Source: a virus | Taxonomy: Duplodnaviria; Caudoviricetes | Length of the DNA stretch: 37,820 nt | IMG/VR virus record: IMGVR_UViG_3300033513_000032 | Coordinates: 1 to 37,820 of that record | Direction: 5' to 3' (one strand) | Shown here: one piece after another, positions 1 through 8,574 of the stretch | Position numbering within the stretch: position 1 is the stretch's first letter | Layout of the letters: each line of letters opens with the position of its first letter | Translations under genes and position numbers: made by a program | Notes under the pieces: model-generated | Databases searched by the model: none | What the model saw: the letters and a program-made list of their open reading frames with translations, nothing else | What the model was told of the DNA's origin: nothing

Positions 1-127
1 GGATGCCGTTCTGCCCGGCCCCTGCAATCGGATCCGGCACCAGGCAGAAGGTCCCGAAATCGCTCTGAGGCAAGAGCGTAGCGTACGGCAGCATGTTCCC
101 GCGCCAATCGCTCGTGATCGTCTTGAC
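1..127. repeat. Terminal direct overlap with 37694-37820 (circular contig)
   Basis: ggatgccgtt...cgtcttgac is identical at both ends. 127 bp is a common assembler k-mer length, and an ORF reads in frame through the junction. Confidence 0.95.
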
Positions 128-1906
128 GCCCGGCGATAGGTCAATCGTCACCGTCTCGCCCGCATTGATCGTCATGTTGAACAGCATCCGTTTGTGCGTG
201 ACGGTGTTCTCGATGTACTGCAGCAGCCCAGGGCCGAGCACGGTTATCTGCGGATAGGCATCGGCGTCCCCGTCGTTTGTCACCGTCGTGACGGCGCCGA
301 GGCAGCGTGCCGCGCCGGTCGTATCGAACCCGTAAAAGTGGTTGGCGCCGCTCGTCGCGATCGCCGTCACCGTCGCCACGCCGGGCAGGTCGGCGTCGAT
401 ATGCGACCAGACCGTCCCATTCCAGTTTGCGATGCTGTCGGCCAGCGCCAGGCCGCCCGCCGAGGTGAATACGCCGCCGACATACAGCAGGTCTTGATCG
501 TCGAATGCCAGCGAGTACACCTGGGCGTTGACGCCCGATCCGAGCGCCGACCACCACGAGCCGTTCCACATCGCGATCTTGGAGGCCGCCAGCCCTCCGG
601 CGGTCGTGAAGGTTCCGCCGACATAGACGTTTCCGCTCGCCGCGACCGCGACCGCATCCACGAGGCCGTTCGTTCCTGAGCCCATCGCATACCAGGCGTC
701 GAAACCCGGATTGTACATGGCCACATTGTTGACGGTGACTCCATCGGCAGTCGTGAACGAACCGCCCGCATACAGCGGGTAGCCTCCGATGTTGAATTTG
801 AGCGCGTACACAAAACCGTTCAGGTTATCGGCGCCGAGGTCCGCCCACGCCGCTCCGCTGACGTCCCATCGCGCAATATAGTTAAAGGGGACTGTGAATT
901 GTCCTCCCACGTAAAGATCGCCTGTATCGGCATCGATCACGATGGCCCGCACCCAGTCATTGGTGCCGGCACCCAGCGCCGACCAGGTGCCCGCCGATGT
1001 ATCGAACTTTGCGATGTTCGCCGCCGCCACGCCGCCGGCATGGGTGAAATCGCCGCCCACGTAGACATCTCCCACCGCGTCAAGTGCGATGGCAAAGACG
1101 TATTGGCCCGAGCCGGTGATGCCCGTTCCAAGCGCTGACCATACCCCCGTCGAGATGGTGTACTTGACGATGCTTTTCCCGTTCGGGAGCCCACCCCATC
1201 CGTTGAAGCGCCCGCCCACGTAAACTGAATCGCCGTCGGGCGAGACGACGATCGAGTACACCGTCCCCGTTCCGTTGTTGCCCATCGCCGACCAGATGCC
1301 CGCGATGAGGCCCAGGATGTAGGAGACATTCGGCGTGGAGGCCGCCGCCACGTCGGTCGTCGTCTGCGTTGGCGAATAAAACATCGGCTCGTAGGCGATC
1401 AGCCGGATGCCAATCTTCTGCACATAGTCCGCCTCGACCGCCTCGACGTCGCTCAGATAGTACACCTTCAGGTCCGCCGACTTGCCGTCGAAGGTGTACC
1501 GCAGTGTCGAAGGTGGCGGAGGCGATCCCGCTACCCGGTTCCACCGCAGCGCCCCGAACAGCGCCGCACGGATCCGGTTCATGGTTCCGGCGTCAATCGG
1601 GTCCTCGTAGGCATTCGCCGTGATCGTCACGAGCCTGGGCTTGATGTTGATCGTGTCCAGGACCGCGCCAGGCTGCCCGTACATCTCAAAGGTCTTATGC
1701 TCGACGGGCGGCAGCCCCATCCCGTCGCCGATCCGCTGTCTCACCGACAGGCCGGCCTGCGTCAGATTAAAAGTCACGCCGTCCGGTGTGATCAATTCAT
1801 AGGTTGACGTTGGAATCGTCATCGGCCCTCCCACACCTGCACTGGGCGCAAGTGTCACCAGTGGAAGAAAGGCGATCAACAGTGTGACCGTGATGACCTC
1901 TCTCAT
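1..1906 (-). CDS. Distal tail (Dit)-like protein with inserted 7-bladed beta-propeller; continues across the junction into 37605-37693. Starts at 1906 (664 aa) or 1822 (636 aa)
   Basis: Mostly absent from the ORF track because it wraps; translated by hand. N-term MTIPTSTYELITPDG...GMGLPPVEH, repeats WSALGxG..V.AI....G.LYVGG.FT.AGG, C-term VTNDGDADAYPQITVLGPG...GETVTIDLSPGVKTI typical of Dit. Directly follows the tape measure gene. Confidence 0.8.
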   Translation of the reverse strand, partial: MREVITVTLLIAFLPLVTLAPSAGVGGPMTIPTSTYELITPDGVTFNLTQAGLSVRQRIGDGMGLPPVEHKTFEMYGQPGAVLDTINIKPRLVTITANAYEDPIDAGTMNRIRAALFGALRWNRVAGSPPPPSTLRYTFDGKSADLKVYYLSDVEAVEADYVQKIGIRLIAYEPMFYSPTQTTTDVAAASTPNVSYILGLIAGIWSAMGNNGTGTVYSIVVSPDGDSVYVGGRFNGWGGLPNGKSIVKYTISTGVWSALGTGITGSGQYVFAIALDAVGDVYVGGDFTHAGGVAAANIAKFDTSAGTWSALGAGTNDWVRAIVIDADTGDLYVGGQFTVPFNYIARWDVSGAAWADLGADNLNGFVYALKFNIGGYPLYAGGSFTTADGVTVNNVAMYNPGFDAWYAMGSGTNGLVDAVAVAASGNVYVGGTFTTAGGLAASKIAMWNGSWWSALGSGVNAQVYSLAFDDQDLLYVGGVFTSAGGLALADSIANWNGTVWSHIDADLPGVATVTAIATSGANHFYGFDTTGAARCLGAVTTVTNDGDADAYPQITVLGPGLLQYIENTVTHKRMLFNMTINAGETVTIDLSPGVKTITSDWRGNMLPYATLLPQSDFGTFCLVPDPIAGAGQNGI

Positions 1907-1938
1907 TTTCCCCTCCTGGTCAGCCTGCCATCGCGACC

Positions 1939-4791
1939 CTATCCGCTCAGCGCCTCGAGCATCCCGAAGTCGGCCAGGATGTCCTCCAGCGGCGATGTTG
2001 TCGTGACGTAAAGGTTGTAGTTATTGCCCGACCGGATCTCGCGGTTCGGCACGATCGCGCCCGCCACGTCCGGCACAAACAGTTCCGGCCCACGCTCGCC
2101 CACCAGGTAGGCCAGCCCGCGCGCCACCGCCCCGCCGAGCTGCTTGGCCTCCGCATTGTGCGCCAGCACTCCGGCGGCAAAATAGTTGTGCGTCGGGTGC
2201 GACGTGTGGAAGTTGTAAACCGGCACGTGCTCCTCGATATATTCGAGCGATTGGATGGGGACCAACTCCCGGTCCTCGCTCAACAGCCGATCTCTTACCC
2301 TCAGATAGCCCACTTCCAGCCATTTGCCGTTCACATACAGGGGATGCTCCGCCGTGACGCACAGTGTTTGCCCGGTAAATCGGATCAGCGCATATCCGCG
2401 CACTTCCTCTTTGGCATGGTGGAACACCTTGCAGACTTCCGCCTCCACCAGCTCGCCGCTGTCCACATCCATTGAAAGCACCCGGTCGCCGATGGCGATG
2501 TCAGCGATTTTCTTTAAGGTTCGGTCCGCCATCGTGATGGGCGTATCTCCCAGGAAGCAGGTCCCGCCGCCGCCACCACCACCGCCTCCGCCGCCACCGC
2601 CGCCCCGGTGGTCAATGTCCGGCTCATACACGTCGCGGTGGTGCGTGATGATCCAGTTGTTGATCGTCCCGATCGCCTTGATGTCGTTCAGCGTGTTCAG
2701 CACGCCGCCGGCCGCGCTGCCCGCTTCCGCCGCTGCATCACGGATCATAAAGAAGGCCACTTTCAGTTTTGCGCCGATCGTGGCTTCTGATGCAGCCGCG
2801 ATACTTTTGATCTGCTCCAGGTCGCTGATCGTCCCGCCCGGTCCGCCCAGCACGCGGTTGACCTCATTCTCCGCCACCAGCGCCATCCCGGTCAGTGCCT
2901 TCGTCGCGACGTCAGCCCCGCTGCCCACGCCCAACAGTCCCGATTCGAACGGCGTCGGGCTGCCCGGCGTCAGCCAACTCGGCAGGCTCAGGCTATTGAT
3001 CCGCTCGGCCAGCCCGTTCAGCCAGCCGATCACCACGCCGATCGCGCCCGAGATCCCCTCGAAGGCGAGCCGGATCGCCGGCAGGATGTTCTCGCCCAGC
3101 CAGGTGAGCACCGGCTGCAGCGTCGTCGTGATGTAGTTCCATAGCGCGGCCAGCGCCGGCGCGAGCAGCGTGTTCCACACCGCCACCCAGTATTCGAGCG
3201 CTTTGCTGATCGCCGCGATCGTCACATTCGCCAATGCGTCGAACAGAGGAATCAGCGAGGTCGAGATGAACCCCCACACGATCGCCAGCGCCGGCTGGAG
3301 TATGTTCGTCCAGAAATTCGACAGCGTCTGGAGTGCTGCCGGCACATTGATGCTGAGCCACGTCCACAGGTCGCTCAGCATCGGGAAAATGCTCGTCTGG
3401 ATGAATCCCCACACCGCGGCCAGCGCCGGCTGCAGCGTGTTCGTCCAAAAATTCGAGAGCGTCTGGATCGCCGCCGGCACGTTCACCTGCAACCAGGCCC
3501 ACAACTGGCTCAGCGCCGGCTGGGCCGTGTTCTGCCAGAAATCGGTCAGCGTCGTCCGGATTCCGCCCCAGTCGGTCTCCCACACATTTCGCAGCAGCGC
3601 CACCACCGCCACCAGCCCCACAAACGCCGCCACGATCGGCGCGATCGCCGCCACGATGCTGATGATCGCCGGAATGACCACCGAGGCAATGGCGATGCCC
3701 AGCGCCATGAGCACATCCTGCAGGCTCACATTTTGAGCCAGCCAGGCCGTCACCTGGTCAATCGTCGGTTGAATGCTGGCCAGGAACGATTGCACGCCCG
3801 CCACGATGCCCATCAGCGTGGCGGCCAGCTCGGGCGGCAGGAGCTGCGAGAGCAATGTCTGGAAGGCGGTCAGGGGACTTGTGCCCGCCAGCAGGCTGGT
3901 CACAAGGACGCCGAGGCTGTCGCCCACGGCCTGCGCCACGGGCGCGATCTTGGCCAAAATGTCCTGCAGCTTGGGCATGAGCGCCGCGACGATCGGCTGG
4001 ACCGCTTTCGCGACGCCCAGCACGGCCGGCAAAACGGCTGTGCCGATGCTGGCCGAGATGTCTTTGAGGGTCGCGCCCAGGATGCGCTGCGTGTTGGCCA
4101 GCCCGTCGCTCGTGCGCGCAAAGTCGCCCTGCGCCGACGTTGTCTGCTCCAGGATCAGCGCATAGCGCGCCTGGACTTTCATCGCCGGCGTCAGCGCACT
4201 GGCCGAGCCGGCCAGGCCCATGCTCAGCGCTTTTTCCTGGACGGCCGCTTCCGTCAGGTTCACGGCCAGGCTGCGCATCGGCTCGGCCTCGCCCAACAGT
4301 CCAGCGCGCAGCTTTTCCAGCACCACGTCGGTCGGCAGGTTGTTGAAGGAGGCCAGATCGGCAGTCAGCTTCAAGATGTCCACGGACATGCCGGCCGAGG
4401 CGTCCTGGCCCAGCCCCATCGTCGTGAACAGGTTGCCGAAGGTGCCGCTGGCCTCATAGGCCGCCTGCTTGGAAATCCCGAAAGCCGTCGCGCTCGTCGC
4501 GGCGAAGGTGTCAATCACTCCGATCGAGTCGCCGAAGACGACGCTGGCCTTGTTCAGGGATTCGCTCAGGTCCGAGGCGGCGCTGATCGCCGCCGGCCCG
4601 ATCGTCGCGATCGCGCCCGCCACGCCCAGCGCGCCGGCCGCCAGCCCGCCCAGCGCGAGCTTGCCCAGGTTCTGCACACCGGAGAGCGCGCTTTGGACGT
4701 GGCCGCGCACGCCCTCCAGGTCCTTATCGAGCTCGTCCAGCGTCGCCCGGATCGGGATCTGCGCGATGCCGAGCTTCGTCTCACCCGCCAT
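1939..4791 (-). CDS. Tail tape measure protein with C-terminal Hint (intein-like) domain
   Basis: 950 aa, Ala-rich helical with Trp-periodic repeats (QTLSNFWTNxLQPAL) and a GERGPELFVP motif; follows the tail chaperones. Hint domain at residues 745-879. Confidence 0.92.
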   Translation of the reverse strand: MAGETKLGIAQIPIRATLDELDKDLEGVRGHVQSALSGVQNLGKLALGGLAAGALGVAGAIATIGPAAISAASDLSESLNKASVVFGDSIGVIDTFAATSATAFGISKQAAYEASGTFGNLFTTMGLGQDASAGMSVDILKLTADLASFNNLPTDVVLEKLRAGLLGEAEPMRSLAVNLTEAAVQEKALSMGLAGSASALTPAMKVQARYALILEQTTSAQGDFARTSDGLANTQRILGATLKDISASIGTAVLPAVLGVAKAVQPIVAALMPKLQDILAKIAPVAQAVGDSLGVLVTSLLAGTSPLTAFQTLLSQLLPPELAATLMGIVAGVQSFLASIQPTIDQVTAWLAQNVSLQDVLMALGIAIASVVIPAIISIVAAIAPIVAAFVGLVAVVALLRNVWETDWGGIRTTLTDFWQNTAQPALSQLWAWLQVNVPAAIQTLSNFWTNTLQPALAAVWGFIQTSIFPMLSDLWTWLSINVPAALQTLSNFWTNILQPALAIVWGFISTSLIPLFDALANVTIAAISKALEYWVAVWNTLLAPALAALWNYITTTLQPVLTWLGENILPAIRLAFEGISGAIGVVIGWLNGLAERINSLSLPSWLTPGSPTPFESGLLGVGSGADVATKALTGMALVAENEVNRVLGGPGGTISDLEQIKSIAAASEATIGAKLKVAFFMIRDAAAEAGSAAGGVLNTLNDIKAIGTINNWIITHHRDVYEPDIDHRGGGGGGGGGGGGGGTCFLGDTPITMADRTLKKIADIAIGDRVLSMDVDSGELVEAEVCKVFHHAKEEVRGYALIRFTGQTLCVTAEHPLYVNGKWLEVGYLRVRDRLLSEDRELVPIQSLEYIEEHVPVYNFHTSHPTHNYFAAGVLAHNAEAKQLGGAVARGLAYLVGERGPELFVPDVAGAIVPNREIRSGNNYNLYVTTTSPLEDILADFGMLEALSG
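2155..2559 (-). other. Hint/BIL domain (135 aa, no endonuclease) within the tape measure
   Basis: Block A CFLGDTPITMAD, block B VTAEHPLY (TxxH), blocks F/G VYNFHTSHPTHNYFAAGVLAHN. The +1 residue is Ala; preceded by Gly14-Thr. Confidence 0.92.
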
Positions 4792-5149
4792 CGTTCGTGT
4801 CCTTCATACTTCGGGGCATCATCCTCGCCTTCAGGTCCTCGAACTCTTCCCGCCGCTGCTCAAGCGGGATATTTTTGCGCGGCTTGAGCTTGGCCAGCAG
4901 TTGCGAGAGCGGCGGCAGCCGCTTGGCGCGCGTCAGCGCCGCTGTGTGCCAGGCCAGGCTCACCGTCAGCGCCTGCTCCTGCTGCATCCGCCACGCGGCC
5001 GCCTCGATCGCCGCCATCGTCTCGCGCGGCGTCAAGTCCCAGAACTCGAGCGCCGTCACCCCGCATTTCAGCGCCTCCGCCAGGAGCGCATCAAAGTTGG
5101 TAAGCCCCTGGGAACTCCCAGGGGTACGCTCCTGGCCTACGGGTTTGGG
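4781..5149 (-). CDS. Tail assembly chaperone frameshift extension (gpT-like)
   Basis: -1 frame relative to 5137-5517; FWDLTPRE motif typical of gpGT extensions; lies directly before the tape measure. Confidence 0.82.
   Translation of the reverse strand, partial: PKPVGQERTPGSSQGLTNFDALLAEALKCGVTALEFWDLTPRETMAAIEAAAWRMQQEQALTVSLAWHTAALTRAKRLPPLSQLLAKLKPRKNIPLEQRREEFEDLKARMMPRSMKDTNDGG
5105..5124. repeat. Palindrome CCCCTGGG-N4-CCCAGGGG, copy 1
   Basis: Other copies at 32071-32090 and 32995-33014; degenerate copy at 26587-26606. Confidence 0.85.
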
Positions 5150-5517
5150 GCAGCATCGCTCGCCGGCCGCTCCGTGTCCTCGTTGCCGTAGCGCAGCACC
5201 GCACCGATCGCCTCCATCACCGCACGCGAGCACTCGGTAAAGCCGACCTCGTCCATCACCTTGTAGGCATCCATGATGGTCAGCGTCCGGCCTCCCGTGC
5301 GCGCCTCCCGGCGCGCCGCCTCGAGCCCCGCCGCCAGTAGTTTCGAGATCTCCGAGAATCCCGTCGCGCCAACCTGAAACCCCTGGGCGATCGCGATGAT
5401 GGATTTGCCGATCGTGCTTTCGGCTTCGGCCAGCGCCCGGTTCGTGAACAGGATGCGGTACTCGCGGCCCTCGCCGTCTCGACTCTGAATGATAGATTCG
5501 CCTCGTGCGCCGGTCAT
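5137..5517 (-). CDS. Tail assembly chaperone (gpG-like)
   Basis: 126 aa from MTGARGE with a TAATG overlap on the tail tube stop; FTNRALAEAE motif; synteny. Confidence 0.82.
   Translation of the reverse strand: MTGARGESIIQSRDGEGREYRILFTNRALAEAESTIGKSIIAIAQGFQVGATGFSEISKLLAAGLEAARREARTGGRTLTIMDAYKVMDEVGFTECSRAVMEAIGAVLRYGNEDTERPASDAAPNP
5143..5149 (-). promoter_or_regulatory. -1 ribosomal slippery heptamer C CCA AAC
   Basis: X XXY YYZ in the correct phase just before the gpG stop; GC-rich hairpin downstream at 5105-5124. Confidence 0.82.
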
Positions 5518-5924
5518 TAGGTGCCGATCTCCACCCACTGGTCGTCAATCGTCATATCCACGCTGACCGTGGCGGCGTCCTGGTCCGGTCCGGCCTCGCT
5601 CAAGCCGGTCACGATCGCGTTCGCTTCCTCCAGCGCCGCGCCCGACTCTTGCCGCAGGATCTTGATCAGGTTGCCCGCCCGCATCGCGGTCTTGAGCGCC
5701 TGGTAGCCGGCGTCGCTGGATACATATAGCGCATCGAACGACACATCGCACGAGTAGCGCCCGGCCAGCACGCGCTGCTCTCGTTGGTCCTTCGAGCTGA
5801 CGTCAATCGTGTCGTTTTTCTCGTTGAATTTGACGTCGCGCTGGCTGCCGACCACCTGGTACACCGGCAGGAGCGCCGTGCCCGTGTTCACCAGCACCAG
5901 AATATCCGTTCCATTCATGGCCAT
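5517..5924 (-). CDS. Major tail tube protein (TP901-1-like family)
   Basis: MNGTDILVLV...VGSQRDVKFNEKNDTIDVSSKD...SFDALY pattern; synteny. Confidence 0.85.
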   Translation of the reverse strand: MAMNGTDILVLVNTGTALLPVYQVVGSQRDVKFNEKNDTIDVSSKDQREQRVLAGRYSCDVSFDALYVSSDAGYQALKTAMRAGNLIKILRQESGAALEEANAIVTGLSEAGPDQDAATVSVDMTIDDQWVEIGT

Positions 5925-5928
5925 TGTC

Positions 5929-6339
5929 TCACACCTCCTCGATAGTGAGTTTGACGGTCACGACCCGTCCATAGGCATCCTGCTCGTCGGCCACGATCGG
6001 CCCCGCGCATTCCGCCCAAATCCACACAAAGCCCGGCACGACCAGCACCTGCCGGTGAAACAACTGCCTCACCCGCTCTGCCATCGCCTCCACGCGCACC
6101 GCGCTTCCCGTTGCATGGTCGTAGCACCGAATGTCGCGCCAGAGTTGATTGCCTCGCGTCGTCTTGGTGTCCCAGGCCGTGCTCACCGCCTCGCCCGCCG
6201 ACACGATGTAGGGCAGCGCCGCATTGCCCGGCACGGGATCGGTCGTGAACACCGCCGGCGCGCCGTCATAGATCGCCAGCATCGCCGCGAGCGTCGCGTC
6301 CAGGGCCATCCGATCGTGAATCGCAGACGTGATCGGCAT
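5929..6339 (-). CDS. Tail terminator/completion protein (DUF3168-like)
   Basis: Likely start MPITSAI; ALPYIV motif; lies between the neck and tube genes. Confidence 0.72.
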   Translation of the reverse strand: MPITSAIHDRMALDATLAAMLAIYDGAPAVFTTDPVPGNAALPYIVSAGEAVSTAWDTKTTRGNQLWRDIRCYDHATGSAVRVEAMAERVRQLFHRQVLVVPGFVWIWAECAGPIVADEQDAYGRVVTVKLTIEEV

Positions 6340-6341
6340 CC

Positions 6342-6716
6342 CTACCCGCCTGCCAACAGTCGCACGATGTCCCGCGCGTTGTTGAACACCGCCGGTCGCA
6401 GCCACGGATGCGGCCCGATCTTGCGCGTCCCGATCTCGATATAGTACGCGCCGTGGTACTCCTCATGCTTTCCCTTCAAGATACCCACGCGCCCCTCGAC
6501 GAAATCCCTGCCCTGCTCGATTTCAAACGACACGCGCCGCGCCAGGACCTTCTGGCGATACCCCCGCCCATAGGCCGGCGTGGAGATACCCATCAGATTC
6601 GACCGCGCTTCTGTCTCGACGAACTTGCAGACGATCTCCAGGTTCTGTGCCGCCTGCTCCGCGATGGCCGCCTTGACCCGTGCCGGCTTCCAGTCTTTCC
6701 AGACGATGCCGATCAC
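6342..6716 (-). CDS. HK97 gp10-like neck/tail completion protein
   Basis: YYIEIGTRKIGPHPWLRPA matches the YxExGT..M..xPFLRPA motif. Confidence 0.82.
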   Translation of the reverse strand: MIGIVWKDWKPARVKAAIAEQAAQNLEIVCKFVETEARSNLMGISTPAYGRGYRQKVLARRVSFEIEQGRDFVEGRVGILKGKHEEYHGAYYIEIGTRKIGPHPWLRPAVFNNARDIVRLLAGG

Positions 6717-7060
6717 GATCCGACCTCCGTCACTTCGCGCTGCGTCTCCATGCAGTCAATCTCCAGGTGATGGCCCGCCTGGCTCGGCTCGCGCACGCCC
6801 TGGATGTCCACCGTGATTCCCCCGCCGCTCACCAGGTCTCCCCGCGCCACGTCGGTCCCATGCACCACATATAGCACATGGCTGATTGCGCGCTGCTCCT
6901 GCCGGGCCGTTTCCTTCTCCGCGCTCGTCGCCGGCCGGATCCGGCCGTCAAAAATAAGGTTCTGAATGTAAAGGATAGACCACCCGCCCTGCCCGTCCGG
7001 CACCCGGTCGCGGCGAAACGAGACAAACGTATTATTGAGCAGCGAAGTGAATGCGCTCAT
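6713..7060 (-). CDS. Head closure/head-tail adaptor (SPP1 gp16-like)
   Basis: PDGQGG and HHLEIDC motifs; synteny. Confidence 0.8.
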   Translation of the reverse strand: MSAFTSLLNNTFVSFRRDRVPDGQGGWSILYIQNLIFDGRIRPATSAEKETARQEQRAISHVLYVVHGTDVARGDLVSGGGITVDIQGVREPSQAGHHLEIDCMETQREVTEVGS

Positions 7061-7665
7061 TGCGCTATGTACCTGTACCGCGCCAGCGCGTCCTTCTCAC
7101 TGAGCAAGAGCATCCGCGCCGCACTCGCTCCCATCACGCCCTCGGCAGTCGTGTCGCCTGCAGCCCCATACGACACGCTATAATCCCCCAGGCTGAGCGA
7201 TTGCACTCCCGGCACGCCGGCCGTCTCCGCCGCCCGCAGCCCTGCCTGGAATGCCCGCGCCGCCGCCCGCGTGCACACGCCGACCAGGTCGTCGGGCAAT
7301 ACCGCGTACCCATGCGTGTACACGACGACGATGTTCTGGACGCCGACGGCCCAGTCGTCGTCCACGCGGTAAAGCACCCCGTACTGCGCCAGCTTATAAT
7401 CCGTCGTCGCCGTCAGCCCGACGCTGTTCTCCGTGACCGCCGTGACCGAGATCACCGGCAGCTCGGGTAGGAATATCCTGTACCCGCCCTTGCAGTCCAG
7501 CGTGATCACCTCATTCGTGACCCGCTCGATCACCTGGTGGCACCAGTTTTTGATTGCCTCGGTCGCCTCTTTGATCGCCCGCAGCGCCGAAGCGTTCTTC
7601 ACCGGATCGGTGTGGATCGTCAACTGCAAAAAATTCTCAATGTCCGTTACCGTGCAAAAGTCCAT
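7057..7665 (-). CDS. Head-tail connector (gp6-like)
   Basis: FCTVTDI N-term, YTHGYAVLPDDL, SLGDYSVSY and LARYR C-term. Confidence 0.8.
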   Translation of the reverse strand: MDFCTVTDIENFLQLTIHTDPVKNASALRAIKEATEAIKNWCHQVIERVTNEVITLDCKGGYRIFLPELPVISVTAVTENSVGLTATTDYKLAQYGVLYRVDDDWAVGVQNIVVVYTHGYAVLPDDLVGVCTRAAARAFQAGLRAAETAGVPGVQSLSLGDYSVSYGAAGDTTAEGVMGASAARMLLLSEKDALARYRYIAQ

Positions 7666-7679
7666 GCTTCACCCGTGCT

Positions 7680-7707
7680 GTAGAGACGTTGCATGCAACG
7701 TCTCTAT
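7680..7707. repeat. GTAG-type REP-like palindrome GTAGAGACGTTGCATGCAACGTCTCTA
   Basis: GTAG head plus a perfect palindrome; sister copy at 15547-15574; overlaps the stop of the 7704 ORF. Confidence 0.8.
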
Positions 7708-7934
7708 TTGTTCGTCATCGGCCTGCGCTGCTTGTTCCGCACCGGCGCCGTCGCCTTCACGGTCGGCTCAGGCTCTTTCCACAATCCAAGCCGGATCGCC
7801 TCGCTCTTGTGCATCTTGATCATCCCCACCCCGCTCGGGTTGGGAACGATCACCAGCTCACCGCTCTCCTCGTGGACTTCCCACGAGCTGGGATCGCCTA
7901 GCACGCCCGCGATCTTCTCAACCTTATCGGCCAT
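7704..7934 (-). CDS. Small hypothetical protein (head-neck region)
   Basis: 76 aa with a basic C-terminus (KATAPVRNKQRR); coupled to the upstream gene. Confidence 0.6.
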   Translation of the reverse strand: MADKVEKIAGVLGDPSSWEVHEESGELVIVPNPSGVGMIKMHKSEAIRLGLWKEPEPTVKATAPVRNKQRRPMTNK

Positions 7935-8574
7935 GTGCAATCCTGTCCCTTCGCGCGTTCAAGGCTTGGAACTGCGCGAGCACCTTGTCTTTGTCTCGCT
8001 TGTGGCAGCGGATAAACCGCCCCGGCGAGATCTCAACGGTGATGAGCGGTTCGCCCAAAGACCGATCAATTTGCTGTTGAGCGATCAAGTCCGCCCGAGC
8101 GCGCGCCTCGAGGTCTGCCAGCCACGATCGGGGCAGCGCGCAAAACAGCGGCTTGACCAGGTACAGCGCCCGCAAAAATGCCAGCTTCTCATCTGCGCCA
8201 GACGTGCACTCTGCCCGCCAGGTCTCGACGAGCGCCTTGCCCGCCTCGCTGCTGCGCACGAACAAGAGTTCTGGCGTGAACACCAGCAAGCGCAGGTCGC
8301 GCGTGAGGCTCGCGGTCCGCTTCCGATCTTCCGGCGTGCCCAGGTCCGCCGCCATCGCGCCATACCGCCACAGTGGCGCCGCCGCATCCCACTTGGCAAG
8401 AAAATCGAACCCCGGGCCGACCAGGTCCCATGGCACGCATGTCGCAGGCGCAATGAACAGCGTCCGCTCCCACGGCAGCGCCCACTCCTGCGAGAGGATC
8501 ACGCCCACGCCGCACTTGGCCGCCCTGGCCCGGGCCACCTTGTCGTCTTTGCGGATTACGATTCCAGACTTCAT
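7924..8574 (-). CDS. Degenerate glycosyltransferase-like protein (GT-A-like, resembles C-half of 9613-11316)
   Basis: ATGA-coupled start MKSGIV; W...DEKLAFLRALY...LPRSW aligns with W...DQGALLRALY...LGNEW; no clear DxD. Confidence 0.55.
   Translation of the reverse strand: MKSGIVIRKDDKVARARAAKCGVGVILSQEWALPWERTLFIAPATCVPWDLVGPGFDFLAKWDAAAPLWRYGAMAADLGTPEDRKRTASLTRDLRLLVFTPELLFVRSSEAGKALVETWRAECTSGADEKLAFLRALYLVKPLFCALPRSWLADLEARARADLIAQQQIDRSLGEPLITVEISPGRFIRCHKRDKDKVLAQFQALNARRDRIAHGR

Noticed and set aside
2155-2559. Canonical mobile intein with homing endonuclease
   Set aside because: Only 135 aa, no endonuclease domain, and the +1 residue is Ala.
3170-3560. DNA repeat element within tape measure
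   Set aside because: The 120-bp periodicity reflects ordinary tape-measure peptide repeats.
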